Notes under the pieces: model-generated
What the model saw: the letters and a program-made list of their open reading frames with translations, nothing else
What the model was told of the DNA's origin: nothing
The model's database searches: none
Position numbers and translations under genes: made by a program
Assembly (NCBI GenBank): GCA_004376385.1
Contig: SOJY01000063.1
Coordinates: forward strand, 1 to 31,139
DNA length: 31,139 nt
Direction of reading: 5' to 3'
Source of the DNA: Candidatus Bathyarchaeum sp.
GTDB taxonomy: Archaea > Thermoproteota > Bathyarchaeia > Bathyarchaeales > Bathyarchaeaceae
Shown here: piece by piece, positions 17,091-26,453 of the stretch
Layout: each line of letters begins with the position of its first letter
Numbering within the stretch: position 1 is the first letter of the stretch

Positions 17091-17357
17091 TCATTCAGCA
17101 CCTTGAACAAAGACGCCCAAAGCAATTATGTCTTTGAAGATTGCTTCAACTTTTTGGGGATCAAGACCAGACTCCAAAGCCTTCGCCATGGCATGCAAGT
17201 AAACTTCATCTTCTCTGTGATGATCCTTGACAGCTAACCCATTTTTTCCTTTGATAGCCCCGATACATTTGCAGAGGTACATCCGATCCTTCAACAAAAG
17301 GACAAGCTTCTCATCAATCGCGTCAATCTTCTTCCGTAACGTCACTATATTCTCCAA
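17091..17357 (-). CDS. Chorismate mutase, AroQ type (start TTG 17357 or 17366)
   Basis: LRKKIDAIDEKLV.LL..R......IG..K......V.D..RE..V. Confidence 0.88.
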   Translation of the reverse strand: MENIVTLRKKIDAIDEKLVLLLKDRMYLCKCIGAIKGKNGLAVKDHHREDEVYLHAMAKALESGLDPQKVEAIFKDIIALGVFVQGAE

Positions 17358-18468
17358 CAGCCTCAACTCCCAACACCTTAGGTATCAAACCTGCCCGAAG
17401 CAGCTGATCAACCAAAACCATGGCAACAGAAGCCTCAACAACAGGAACAGCCTTCGGCACAATACACGAATCATGCCTGCCCTTAACATGAATCGTTGTA
17501 TCTGCCATATTCAACATGTCCACGGTCTTTTGCTCCTTCGAAATAGATGGAGTCGGCTTCACAGCCACCCTAACCACAATGGGCATCCCAGACGATAAAC
17601 CACCCAAGACACCGCCAGCATTATTGGTTACAGCCTCGATTTCTCCATCCCGTATCACATATGAATCATTATTCTCTGACCCCTTCAGCCGTGCAGCCTC
17701 AAATCCAACGCCAAACTCAACACCTTTAACAGCGGGAATATCAAAAAGCATCTTTGCAAGTTCTGCATCCAACGAATCAAAGATGGGTTCACCGACCCCC
17801 GCCAAAACATTGGATGCTACACACTCAACAACTCCACCCACGCTGTCACCCATCTTCTTAGCCTTCAAAATCGTTTCCTCCATCTCAACAGCAACCTTTG
17901 GGTCTGGGCACCTCACCGAGCTTCCATAAGTCTTCTCCCTAATGTCCTCAAGAGACTGTGTTGACCGCATTTTGACGCCTCCAATCTCAGTGGCGTATGC
18001 TAGAACTTCGATGCCGGCAAGCTCCAGCAGTTTCTTGGCTATAGCACCAGCCATAACAAAAGCAACTGTGATTCTGCCCGAGAATCTTCCTCCACCCCGA
18101 TGATCATTAAATCCTAAATACTTGATTCTGGCGGGATAGTCTGCGTGTCCGGGTCTAGGAGTATGCCTTATTGCATCGTAATCGTCAGAAATAACTTCCT
18201 TGTTCCACACCAAAACGCAGATTGGAGCACCAGTTGTAAATCCCTCATAGATGCCCGACAGAATCTCAACAGCGTCTTCTTCTCTTCTGGCAGAAACAAT
18301 CTCCTCTTTTTTGGGTAACCGTTTGTCAAGTTCTTTCTGGATATCCTCTTCGTTTAAAGGAAGTCCCGCTGGACACCCATCTATGACTACTCCGACGCAT
18401 CTGCCGTGGCTTTCGCCGAAGCAGGTTACAACGAATTCTTTTCCTATCGAATTAGATCCCAACGACAT
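17323..18468 (-). CDS. aroC: Chorismate synthase
   Basis: GESHG, RPGHADY, GGGR.SGR.T, NNAGG..GG.S.G, KPTPSI, GRHD.CI. Confidence 0.96.
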   Translation of the reverse strand: MSLGSNSIGKEFVVTCFGESHGRCVGVVIDGCPAGLPLNEEDIQKELDKRLPKKEEIVSARREEDAVEILSGIYEGFTTGAPICVLVWNKEVISDDYDAIRHTPRPGHADYPARIKYLGFNDHRGGGRFSGRITVAFVMAGAIAKKLLELAGIEVLAYATEIGGVKMRSTQSLEDIREKTYGSSVRCPDPKVAVEMEETILKAKKMGDSVGGVVECVASNVLAGVGEPIFDSLDAELAKMLFDIPAVKGVEFGVGFEAARLKGSENNDSYVIRDGEIEAVTNNAGGVLGGLSSGMPIVVRVAVKPTPSISKEQKTVDMLNMADTTIHVKGRHDSCIVPKAVPVVEASVAMVLVDQLLRAGLIPKVLGVEAVGEYSDVTEED

Positions 18469-19729
18469 TCGCTCCTAACACACGCAGATCACTGAAGAAC
18501 TGCGGATACGACTTATTTATGCATTCAACATTTTGAATTTTCGTTTCGCCCACGGCTCCAAGAGCCGCTACGGCACAAGCCATGGCGATCCGATGGTCAT
18601 TGTGGGGATCAATAGTCGCCCCATGCAATCCAGATGAACCGTTTATGGTTAAGCCGTCCTCGTTCACGACGATGTCTGCCCCCATCTTCTTCAGTTCTGT
18701 GCTTATCGAATCTAGTCTATCTGATTCCTTGTATCTAAGCCGCTTCGCATTATATATCTCCGAACGTCCCTCAGCGTAACACGCAAGAACAGCACAGACA
18801 GGAACCAAATCTGGAATATCCTTCGCGTCGATATCAACCCCAACAAGCTGGCCCCCTTCAACATCTACAGAATTGTCTCTTATCTTCACTGCTGCACCCA
18901 TCTCCTCAAGGATACTTACTATCGCCCTGTCGCCCTGAGCCGTTTGATACTCAAGATTCTTCACTGTTACCCGTGATGAAGTAACCGCCGCGGCTGCCAA
19001 AAGGAAAGCTGCAGACGAAAAATCTCCAGGAACAGTATGATCACATGGTCTATAACTTTGATTTGAGGGAATCCACAGGCACGAAAGCTCAGGGTTTACA
19101 GCACCTTCAAGTCCATGCTCAACCAATACTTCAAAGGTCATCTCAACGTAGCCCTTAGACTCCAGCTTAGTTGTTACAGCAATTTCCGTGTCTTCGTTTG
19201 CCTTTGGACAAGCAAACAGTAATCCAGAAATGAATTGGGAGCTTATGTCTCCCCTTATCGAAGTTTTTCCTCCACGGATTCCCCCTCCACGAACCATAAC
19301 AGATGAATTGTTTCTTTGAATAGTAGATTCGACTCCCAGTTCCTTGAGGCTTTCAAGAAGGGGCGCCACAGGTCTTCGTTCAAAGGATGCCCCAAAAAGG
19401 AATGTTGAATGTCCGGGTGCAAGGGCTGCAACTGGAATCATGAAACGCAGTGTTGACCCAGACTCTCTGCAATCTATCGGATGATCAGGAGTCTTGAGTG
19501 TTTCTTGTCCATGGATTGTCCAATAATTTTCATGTAATTCTGTTTCTGCCCCAAGGGATTTTACTGCCTCTAGGGTTGCTTGGGTGTCATCCGAGATGAG
19601 TGGATTGAAGATTTTTGAGGCTCCATTTGACAATGATGCGGCTATGAGCATCCGGTGAGTGTAAGCTTTTGATGGAGGAGCCGAGACCACACCATCCAGA
19701 TGATCTGTGTTCTCGACTGTAACATCCAT
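18452..19729 (-). CDS. aroA: EPSP synthase
   Basis: PPSK..THR, ESGSTLRF, RRP, SSQF.SGLL, GD.SSA.F, PDL.P, LR.KESDR, DHRIAMA, KSYP.F. Confidence 0.96.
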   Translation of the reverse strand: MDVTVENTDHLDGVVSAPPSKAYTHRMLIAASLSNGASKIFNPLISDDTQATLEAVKSLGAETELHENYWTIHGQETLKTPDHPIDCRESGSTLRFMIPVAALAPGHSTFLFGASFERRPVAPLLESLKELGVESTIQRNNSSVMVRGGGIRGGKTSIRGDISSQFISGLLFACPKANEDTEIAVTTKLESKGYVEMTFEVLVEHGLEGAVNPELSCLWIPSNQSYRPCDHTVPGDFSSAAFLLAAAAVTSSRVTVKNLEYQTAQGDRAIVSILEEMGAAVKIRDNSVDVEGGQLVGVDIDAKDIPDLVPVCAVLACYAEGRSEIYNAKRLRYKESDRLDSISTELKKMGADIVVNEDGLTINGSSGLHGATIDPHNDHRIAMACAVAALGAVGETKIQNVECINKSYPQFFSDLRVLGANVVGI

Positions 19730-19732
19730 TTT

Positions 19733-20605
19733 TCAGCATACCACCCTAGCTTTCTCCAGATTAATCCGAGCCTCCAAGATTTCTCCCTCACGCTTCCGCC
19801 AAACCTCCTTCACAAGGTCTACATTTTCTTCAGAAACGATAGCAGAAACAGCGGGTCCAGTTCCAGACAATCCAGCGGCAATTGCTCCTGCTGTGAGGGC
19901 ATCTACTGCAGAGGATGAATCATAACCTAGTGCTGAAGAGTAGATTAAACCGTTCAAGGTTAGGGCTGCCCAGTAGTTACCATTCAACGCTTCCTTGTAG
20001 GCAATCTTGACGGCGGAAGCCATGCTTTTCATTCGCTTCACGTCTGAGCATGCAGTATAGGTTTTTTCTGCTGGAACATAAAACAGAACAGCGGGAGCTT
20101 CAGTTAGCTCAAAGCGCTTAATGATTCGTCGTTCCATGTTGTCGGTGATTACGACTCCGCCAAAATACGAGGCGCAGGCATCGTCGAAGGCTCCAGTTAT
20201 AGTGACCTTAGCGTCTAATGCGCCGTCAACGCCCAGCTTCACCACTGTAACGTCATCTAAGTTACGTTCTATGGCGGCTGTGGTTGCCAAGGCGATGGCA
20301 TTTGCTGCTGCGCTGCTGCTCTTTAGTCCCCTTGCTACTGGAATGTTTGATGTTGTTTCGACTTTGGCGCCAAACTCCTGTTCTAAACCGAAATGTTTGA
20401 GGATACGCCCAACGGTTTTTTGTGCCAAAGCAGGGTTCTCTGAAGAGTCAGAACGAATAGTAACGTCCACATGTCCCGCTTCGTTTGTGAGGGCTACGGC
20501 AGCTTTTGTCCACAGGTCCACGCCTACGGCTGCTCCCTTGCCCGTTGCTATCGCATTAATTATCGTAGCTGCGCCGTGAGCTATTGCCTCAGCTCTTCCA
20601 GTCAA
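19733..20605 (-). CDS. aroK: Archaeal shikimate kinase (GHMP superfamily)
   Basis: GAATIINAIATGKG, IP..RGLKSSSAAANA, GAFDDA.AS..GG, GLSGTGP. Confidence 0.93.
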   Translation of the reverse strand: MTGRAEAIAHGAATIINAIATGKGAAVGVDLWTKAAVALTNEAGHVDVTIRSDSSENPALAQKTVGRILKHFGLEQEFGAKVETTSNIPVARGLKSSSAAANAIALATTAAIERNLDDVTVVKLGVDGALDAKVTITGAFDDACASYFGGVVITDNMERRIIKRFELTEAPAVLFYVPAEKTYTACSDVKRMKSMASAVKIAYKEALNGNYWAALTLNGLIYSSALGYDSSSAVDALTAGAIAAGLSGTGPAVSAIVSEENVDLVKEVWRKREGEILEARINLEKARVVC

Positions 20606-21471
20606 TGGCGGACACCCTGTTTCTCAAGTTCGTTCAATGCTGCATTCCTCATCACTTCAACAGGAGCAGGACAGTTAGTCCAGATTTCGAAGGCAACAGC
20701 TCCCTGATAAATAAGCATCTCAAGACCCGACACAACCTTGGAGCCTACAGATTTTGCGTCCGCTATAAGCCGTGTTTCTAATGGATTATAGATTATATCC
20801 ATCACGCACAAATCAATCCTCAGCAAACTCGACGGAACAGGGCTACTGTTAACGTCAGGATGCATACCCACAGAGGTGGCGTTAACCAGAATATCCGCGG
20901 TTTCCAGTTCATCCTTCAGAACCGTAGACGAGAGCGTTCCGCCTTTCACTTTGTTGCCAAAACTCTTGCGTAGCACGTCAGCTAATTTTTTTGCTTTCTC
21001 TGGGGTTCTGTTAAGGATAACAAGCTCAGCCACATCTTGGGCTGCATGATAGGCTATGGCTTTTGCTGCGCCTCCAGCTCCGAGAAGAACCAGCTTTTTT
21101 TCTTCTGGATACACGCCGTTTTCTTGCAGGGCAATCATGGCGCCATTACCGTCTGTGTTGTATCCAATCAGCTTTCCTTGGTTGCTGAGGATCGTGTTCA
21201 CTGCACCGATAGCCTTTGCCGTCGCGTCCACCTCATCCAGGTAGTTCATGACAGCGTTTTTGTGGGGCATGGTCACGTTCAATCCTCGAAGACCCAGACG
21301 TCTTGCGCCCAGAATGGCGTCCTTCAACTCTTTTGTTGTTACTGTGAAAGCCACGTAAACAAGGTTTAATCCCAACTCTTTGAAGGCGGCGTTATGCATT
21401 ACGGGACTTAGAGAGTGCTCTACTGGGTCGCCGATGATGGCGCAAACCCTAGTTTTCCCAGAGATTCCCAT
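20602..21471 (-). CDS. aroE: Shikimate dehydrogenase
   Basis: G.PV.HSLSP.MHN, NVTMPHK, GAVNT, NTDG, GAGGAA, NRT..KA, D.IYNP, GL.ML..QG. Confidence 0.96.
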   Translation of the reverse strand: MGISGKTRVCAIIGDPVEHSLSPVMHNAAFKELGLNLVYVAFTVTTKELKDAILGARRLGLRGLNVTMPHKNAVMNYLDEVDATAKAIGAVNTILSNQGKLIGYNTDGNGAMIALQENGVYPEEKKLVLLGAGGAAKAIAYHAAQDVAELVILNRTPEKAKKLADVLRKSFGNKVKGGTLSSTVLKDELETADILVNATSVGMHPDVNSSPVPSSLLRIDLCVMDIIYNPLETRLIADAKSVGSKVVSGLEMLIYQGAVAFEIWTNCPAPVEVMRNAALNELEKQGVRH

Positions 21472-21472
21472 T

Positions 21473-22159
21473 TTATTTTAGCCCCAGAGCCTCGTATGCA
21501 CGCTTCATTTCTTGTATGGTTAATTGTCCTTTTGCCGTTTTTCTTTTTTCGTCAAGAGAAGCAAAAGTAAAGAAAGCACCGAAAACAGGAGACACCAACC
21601 TAGAATGCTTACCGAGTTCGCCCATAGCAAAACAGACCAGCTTGGCTTTCTTGGAAGCCTCTGAAACAAAATTTAATGTAATCAGGTTGTCTTCCACACT
21701 TCTGGCTGTGGTTATAATCTTGCAGACATCAGCTCCCAAAGCAACTTCTTCATCGAGAACCTTGCCAAGTTGCGATAACGTAGGGGTCTGTTCAAAATCA
21801 TGGAACGAAACTATGACGTTTGCTCCCGCTTCGTGCAGATTACGAATTAATTCAATTTGCTTGGGCGTACCTAAGTCTACGTCCACGTATTCAAAGCCGT
21901 TTCTCGCGGCATCCATCAAAATTTTTTGGCGTTCAGTTTCGCTTCCAGAAAAATTGCCGTTACACACGATTGATTTGTTTGTGGCTATCAAAGGCGTTTT
22001 GCTGCATGATGGAATGTCTGCGATGCGGTCATGTTTGTTGAGGCTGTCAAGTCTTACTTCAATGAGGTCTGCGTGTTGAGTCTCAGCCTGCTCTATTAAA
22101 CAAAATGCTTCATCAACGGTTTTGGGAGGAATTGCGACGCAGACTTTGATTGTCAACAC
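21473..22159 (-). CDS. aroD: Type I 3-dehydroquinate dehydratase (start GTG 22159 or TTG 22156)
   Basis: E.RLD, YVD.DL, S.HDF..TP, D..KI, MG..G..SR, TFA, A.GQ. Confidence 0.9.
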   Translation of the reverse strand: MLTIKVCVAIPPKTVDEAFCLIEQAETQHADLIEVRLDSLNKHDRIADIPSCSKTPLIATNKSIVCNGNFSGSETERQKILMDAARNGFEYVDVDLGTPKQIELIRNLHEAGANVIVSFHDFEQTPTLSQLGKVLDEEVALGADVCKIITTARSVEDNLITLNFVSEASKKAKLVCFAMGELGKHSRLVSPVFGAFFTFASLDEKRKTAKGQLTIQEMKRAYEALGLK

Positions 22160-23223
22160 TCGATCACGGCTTCTTCTTTCACCAATGTTCCGAAGTGCCT
22201 GCCGCCCTCTTCCACGCGAGCCAGAATCTTGTCGCCCTTCTCCAAGTCCGTTACTGCCTTGGAGCCCTCTGGGGTCACAACCCGTATGGTTTCGGCGTTC
22301 TGGGAAATCAACTTCAACGTTTTGCCGTTGTATTCCGCCTCAATGAGCAGCATGGGACGCCATTCAATCTTCGCCCGCGCAACATTAGTCAACCGGACAT
22401 TTCCTTCTCTATCCACCACAAGAACTTCTTCCCCAGATTTCAACTCCGACAAGTATCTAGTTCTAGTTGGGGAAGTTAGGGCGTACAGTGAGAGCGGCCC
22501 AGCGTTTACTCTGAAGGGGCGTGTTTCCACGTATGGGCTTTCATGAACCTCAGCCTGAACCAGAAACAGCCCAGAAGACTGGCAACCCAAAAGAATGCCC
22601 TCTCCCGGCTTCATAAGGTCACACGTGTCGATGCAGGCTCGGGCGCCGGTTCCAATCTCCTTCAACTCAACAACCTCAACAGCAACCAACTCAAGCGCAA
22701 GAGACTCCTTCTTTGCACACTCTGCTGTTTCCTTGAGTTCTTCAAGGCTAGCTGTCTTCAGGACTACTCCGTCTGATCCTAGCTCCAACGTTTCCAAGGC
22801 AACCTTCGCCTCTTTTGTGCTGGAGACTTCTGCGAGCAACTTGGTTTTTCCTCGGGTCTTGGCGATTAGGTTCTCTAAGGGAATAATTTTCCAGTCAGGA
22901 GTGCCAACAATAACGTAATCGCATGAAAGCTCAGCCGCTGCTATGGCAGTCTTTTCATCCTGTTTTCCTTCAATGACTATTTTCACAGCGACAAGTCTGC
23001 CCTTAGCCTTCAACTCCTTAAGTTTCTCAGAGTCGAATATGGAAAGAACAGTGATGTCTGCTTCTTCTGATGTTGAGGCAGTTTTAATTCCAGAATTTTT
23101 GGCTATCTCTATGTCCTTTGTATCAACCAGCACGGCATCGCAGGTCTGAGCCGCAGACTTGAGCAGTTTAGTTTTCTGGTTTTCGGGAAGGGATGTGTCT
23201 AGTTCGATCCAAAGTTGTTTCAT
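22153..23223 (-). CDS. aroB': 3-dehydroquinate synthase II (archaeal alternative route)
   Basis: W.IIPLENLIA, LE.G.DGV, G.R.C.DTC.L...GEG.L.G, RPFRVNAG, YLSEL..G, KIE.RP, QNAETI, RHFG. Confidence 0.94.
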   Translation of the reverse strand: MKQLWIELDTSLPENQKTKLLKSAAQTCDAVLVDTKDIEIAKNSGIKTASTSEEADITVLSIFDSEKLKELKAKGRLVAVKIVIEGKQDEKTAIAAAELSCDYVIVGTPDWKIIPLENLIAKTRGKTKLLAEVSSTKEAKVALETLELGSDGVVLKTASLEELKETAECAKKESLALELVAVEVVELKEIGTGARACIDTCDLMKPGEGILLGCQSSGLFLVQAEVHESPYVETRPFRVNAGPLSLYALTSPTRTRYLSELKSGEEVLVVDREGNVRLTNVARAKIEWRPMLLIEAEYNGKTLKLISQNAETIRVVTPEGSKAVTDLEKGDKILARVEEGGRHFGTLVKEEAVIEC

Positions 23224-24011
23224 TTGGATTCACCAAGAATCTCTATGGCTTTGTCGACTGATACCGCTTTGTGGACAATGGCTGAGAGAGCCTTGACTAT
23301 CTTTGTTGGGTCTTCGTGTTGAAACACGTTTCTGCCAATCGAGAGCCCTGCCCCTCCAGCAGTTATGGAATCCTTTACCATCTGCAAGACATCCCTAGTG
23401 GTCTCTACTTTTGGTCCACCAGCAATAATGACTGGAACATGGCAACTGCTGACAACATCTTTGAATGATTCAACATCGCCGGTGTAGTTTGTTTTTATAA
23501 TGTCCGCTCCTAACTCTGCGCCTAAACGGGCTGCATGAGCCACCACATCCACTGCATGTGAATCCCTGATGTTTGGTCCTCGGGGATACATCATAGCCAG
23601 CAATGGCATGCCGTAATCGTCGCATTCGCAGGCTACCTTACCCAACATTGAGAGCATCTGTGCTTCCTGTTTAGCGCCCACATTAATGTGAACTGAAACA
23701 GCATCAGCCCCCAATCGGACAGCATCGTCTACAGAGCAGATTTGCACCTTATTGTTTGGGTCAGGACAATGTACGGTAATTCCGGACAAGTGAACAATTA
23801 ATCCCGCGTTTCCTGTGTCAACATTTTTTGCTATGCCCCTGTTGATGACAACCGCGTCAACGCCACCCAGCAACAACTTGTCAACGATGCTCTGCATGTT
23901 CACTAGTCCCTTAACTGGACCGATTGTTACGCCGTGATCCATGGGAACAATTACTGTCCTGTTGTCGCTTCGGAAGATTCTTCTTAGCCGTCTTTTTTTA
24001 CCTGATTCCAA
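23220..24011 (-). CDS. aroA': 2-amino-3,7-dideoxy-D-threo-hept-6-ulosonate (ADH) synthase, DhnA-type class I aldolase
   Basis: PMDHG, GADAVSVH.N.G, MYPRG, AELGADIIKT.Y.G, AGGPK, GRNVFQ; adjacent to aroB'. Confidence 0.9.
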   Translation of the reverse strand: MESGKKRRLRRIFRSDNRTVIVPMDHGVTIGPVKGLVNMQSIVDKLLLGGVDAVVINRGIAKNVDTGNAGLIVHLSGITVHCPDPNNKVQICSVDDAVRLGADAVSVHINVGAKQEAQMLSMLGKVACECDDYGMPLLAMMYPRGPNIRDSHAVDVVAHAARLGAELGADIIKTNYTGDVESFKDVVSSCHVPVIIAGGPKVETTRDVLQMVKDSITAGGAGLSIGRNVFQHEDPTKIVKALSAIVHKAVSVDKAIEILGESK

Positions 24012-24025
24012 AGGTTTTCTCTCCT

Positions 24026-25063
24026 TTAGATGAACTTCTTTACTTTCAAGTATTCTGCGTTAAGGATGCCGCATCCAGCAGCTCCCCGTATGGTATTGTG
24101 CCCCAAAGCAATAAATTTCACCCCACCTAACACGGGGTCCTTTCGGATTCTACCAACTACGGTGCTCATGCCCTTGCCCTCCATTCTGTCCAATCTAGTT
24201 TGTGGACGATCCTTCTCCCATGTAACAATAACTGGTTTTTCTGGGGCTGAAGGAAGCTTTAGCTTTTGGGGTTCCCCAACAAAGTTTTCCATAGCCTCAG
24301 CTACAGCATTGGGTTCCGCCTTCTTCTTTGTCTCTACGAAGACGGCTTCCATGTGACCATCAATCGTTGAAACTCTGTGGCAACTGGATGAAACCTTAAA
24401 ATCTGCTGGTTTTGAAGCAGTGCCCAAAATCTTCTGGGTTTCAGTTTCCATCTTGTTCTCTTCTCCTCCGATGAAGGGGATAACATTATCCACTATATCC
24501 AAGGAGGCTACGCCTGGGTATCCAGCGCCCGAGATCGCCTGCATCGTAGACACTATGAGGCTGTTGATGCCAAACTCGTCAAAGATCGGCTTCAGGGGCA
24601 AAGTTAGGACTGTTGTGCTGCAGTTGGGGTTTGTTACGATGGCGCCGTCCCACTTCCTTTTTCTGCGCTGTTCCTCTATGAGGCTGACGTGGCTGCAGTT
24701 TATTTCAGGATTCAGCATGGGAACGTCAGGGTCCATTCTGTGAGCAGATGCGTTGCTAACCACAACGTATCCTGCAGAGGCGAAATCCTCTTCCACCTTT
24801 CCAGCCACAGCAGAAGGTAACGCCGAGAAAACAATGTCAACATCCTTAACTGCCCTCGAGTCAATATCTACGACTTCCATCTGCGCAACAGCTTCCGGAA
24901 TGGGCGTTGATTGCCGCCACCTTGACGCTTCATTGTATGTTCGTCCTTTGCTTCTTTCTGAGGCTGCAACAGTTGTAACCTCGAACCATGGGTGCCCATC
25001 TAGCAGTTGAACAAAGATTTGACCGACATTGCCTGTTGCTCCTAAAACAGCTGCTTTCAACAT
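24026..25063 (-). CDS. asd: Aspartate-semialdehyde dehydrogenase (archaeal type)
   Basis: LGATG.VGQ, ASERS.G, SNAS..RM, NPNCST, QA.SGAG, HNTIRGAAG. Confidence 0.96.
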   Translation of the reverse strand: MLKAAVLGATGNVGQIFVQLLDGHPWFEVTTVAASERSKGRTYNEASRWRQSTPIPEAVAQMEVVDIDSRAVKDVDIVFSALPSAVAGKVEEDFASAGYVVVSNASAHRMDPDVPMLNPEINCSHVSLIEEQRRKRKWDGAIVTNPNCSTTVLTLPLKPIFDEFGINSLIVSTMQAISGAGYPGVASLDIVDNVIPFIGGEENKMETETQKILGTASKPADFKVSSSCHRVSTIDGHMEAVFVETKKKAEPNAVAEAMENFVGEPQKLKLPSAPEKPVIVTWEKDRPQTRLDRMEGKGMSTVVGRIRKDPVLGGVKFIALGHNTIRGAAGCGILNAEYLKVKKFI

Positions 25064-26316
25064 TTTCTGTCATCTCGTAATGCGTTTCTAACCAAATTTA
25101 GGGCTTTTTCTCTTTCGTCCCATTTTACGAAGAGAAGAATGCTGGAAGTGATTGTCATAAGTCCAAAAATGTTAATGCAGTTTACCCTCAAAGCCTCGGA
25201 TATTCTTCCTGTGAGACCCGGCGTCTGTTCTAAGCCAACGCCCTTGATTTTGAGGAATGCTAATTGTTTCCTGACAGACATGGCCAAGGTCTCCTCGTGA
25301 TTCAGGATTACTTCATGCACTTTCTCTAGAAGCAATTTGGAATTAGAGTTCTCTGAAACGTAGAGAATCATTGAATCGTAGTTCAAGGATAATCCCAGCA
25401 GTTCCGCGTGGTTCTTCACTGTTTCAGCAAGCTCTTTTATAACCTGAGGACTTTCTGAAACCCCTTTGCCTACAACAGTAATCGACAGGGAAGGAGATGG
25501 ACTTGCAAGTTCTACATCCAAGTCGCTTGAGAGTGCTCCCTTGATCAACGTACCCTCCGCGTTTAGATCGCCGTGAATGTGCTTGATTACCCTAACTTTT
25601 ACTGACGCATCCTTGTATCGCAATGCTTTCCTGTGAATGAATTTTGTGCCCGAATCCGCTAATCCAACCAAAGTGCTCACATCAATCTCTGGAAGACGCT
25701 TAGGATTGTCTATTACCTTGGGGTCGGCTGACATGATTCCTTCAGCATCAGTAACTAGGATAAGTTCATCCGCTTCTAAAGCCTTCGCTAAGATAAAGGC
25801 AGTTGTATCACTTCCACCCCTCCCCAATGTGGTTACTCGATTGTCTTTGGTTCTGCCCACGAAACCCGCAATCACAGGGATAACGCCATCCTCAACAAGG
25901 GGAAGCACATTCTGTTTAGCCCGTTCGTAGCAAGTATCCAAAATTGGGTTTGCATCTGAGAACAAGTCATCAGTTATGATCGGCCATTCGGGGTCGTGTG
26001 GGTCCACGTAACGGGAGTTCACTCCCTGTGCTTTTAATGCGGCGGCGATGATTCTGATGCTGGTTCGTTCCCCCATGGCCAGAATCTCGTCTAAATCTTT
26101 CTTATGTAACCTACCATTAGAGCTGTTTTTGGCTGCGTGAAAGAGTGTATCCGTGGTTTTTCCCATAGCCGAAACGATCACGGCGATTTGGGTACCCTTC
26201 TTTGCTTCTTTAGCAACTGCCGTAACTGCCCTCAATATCCGTTCGTGGTCTGCGAGGCTTGAACCTCCAAATTTAACCACGATTCTTTTGCGGTTTTTTT
26301 CCTTATTTTGTTTCAT
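25057..26316 (-). CDS. lysC: Aspartokinase with C-terminal ACT domains (start ATG 26316; in-frame ATG also at 26334)
   Basis: VVKFGGSS, VSAMG.TTD, GE..S, TLGRGGSD.TA, TD..G...ADP; GGAGG at 26332-26328. Confidence 0.92.
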   Translation of the reverse strand: MKQNKEKNRKRIVVKFGGSSLADHERILRAVTAVAKEAKKGTQIAVIVSAMGKTTDTLFHAAKNSSNGRLHKKDLDEILAMGERTSIRIIAAALKAQGVNSRYVDPHDPEWPIITDDLFSDANPILDTCYERAKQNVLPLVEDGVIPVIAGFVGRTKDNRVTTLGRGGSDTTAFILAKALEADELILVTDAEGIMSADPKVIDNPKRLPEIDVSTLVGLADSGTKFIHRKALRYKDASVKVRVIKHIHGDLNAEGTLIKGALSSDLDVELASPSPSLSITVVGKGVSESPQVIKELAETVKNHAELLGLSLNYDSMILYVSENSNSKLLLEKVHEVILNHEETLAMSVRKQLAFLKIKGVGLEQTPGLTGRISEALRVNCINIFGLMTITSSILLFVKWDEREKALNLVRNALRDDRKC

Positions 26317-26335
26317 AACAACTAAACCCTCCATG

Positions 26336-26380
26336 AAGCCCAGAAAGCTAAGATGCGAATTTTTTTAGCTAGCTGGGCTT
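26336..26380 (-). promoter_or_regulatory. 14-bp imperfect hairpin directly upstream of the lysC SD
   Basis: AAGCCCAG-cu-AGCUAA / 13-nt loop / UUAGCU-uu-CUGGGCUU. Confidence 0.6.
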
Positions 26381-26453
26381 AATTATAAAAGAAATAGCTA
26401 AAGCTATAGAACATCGAAGAATTACTCGTTGAAGTCGTCGAGTGGCTATTCAT
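26379..26453 (-). CDS. Putative Phe/Tyr-rich leader peptide MNSHSTTSTSNSSMFYSFSYFFYN (not in the ORF track)
   Basis: Hand-translated: ATG 26453 to TAA 26381-26379; second in-frame ATG at 26414; upstream of the aromatic operon and downstream of a BRE-TATA. Confidence 0.55.
   Translation of the reverse strand: MNSHSTTSTSNSSMFYSFSYFFYN

Noticed and set aside
23220-24011. Annotation as a glycolytic fructose-bisphosphate aldolase
   Set aside because: Same DhnA family, but its position between asd and aroB' favours ADH synthase; secondary aldolase activity is not excluded.
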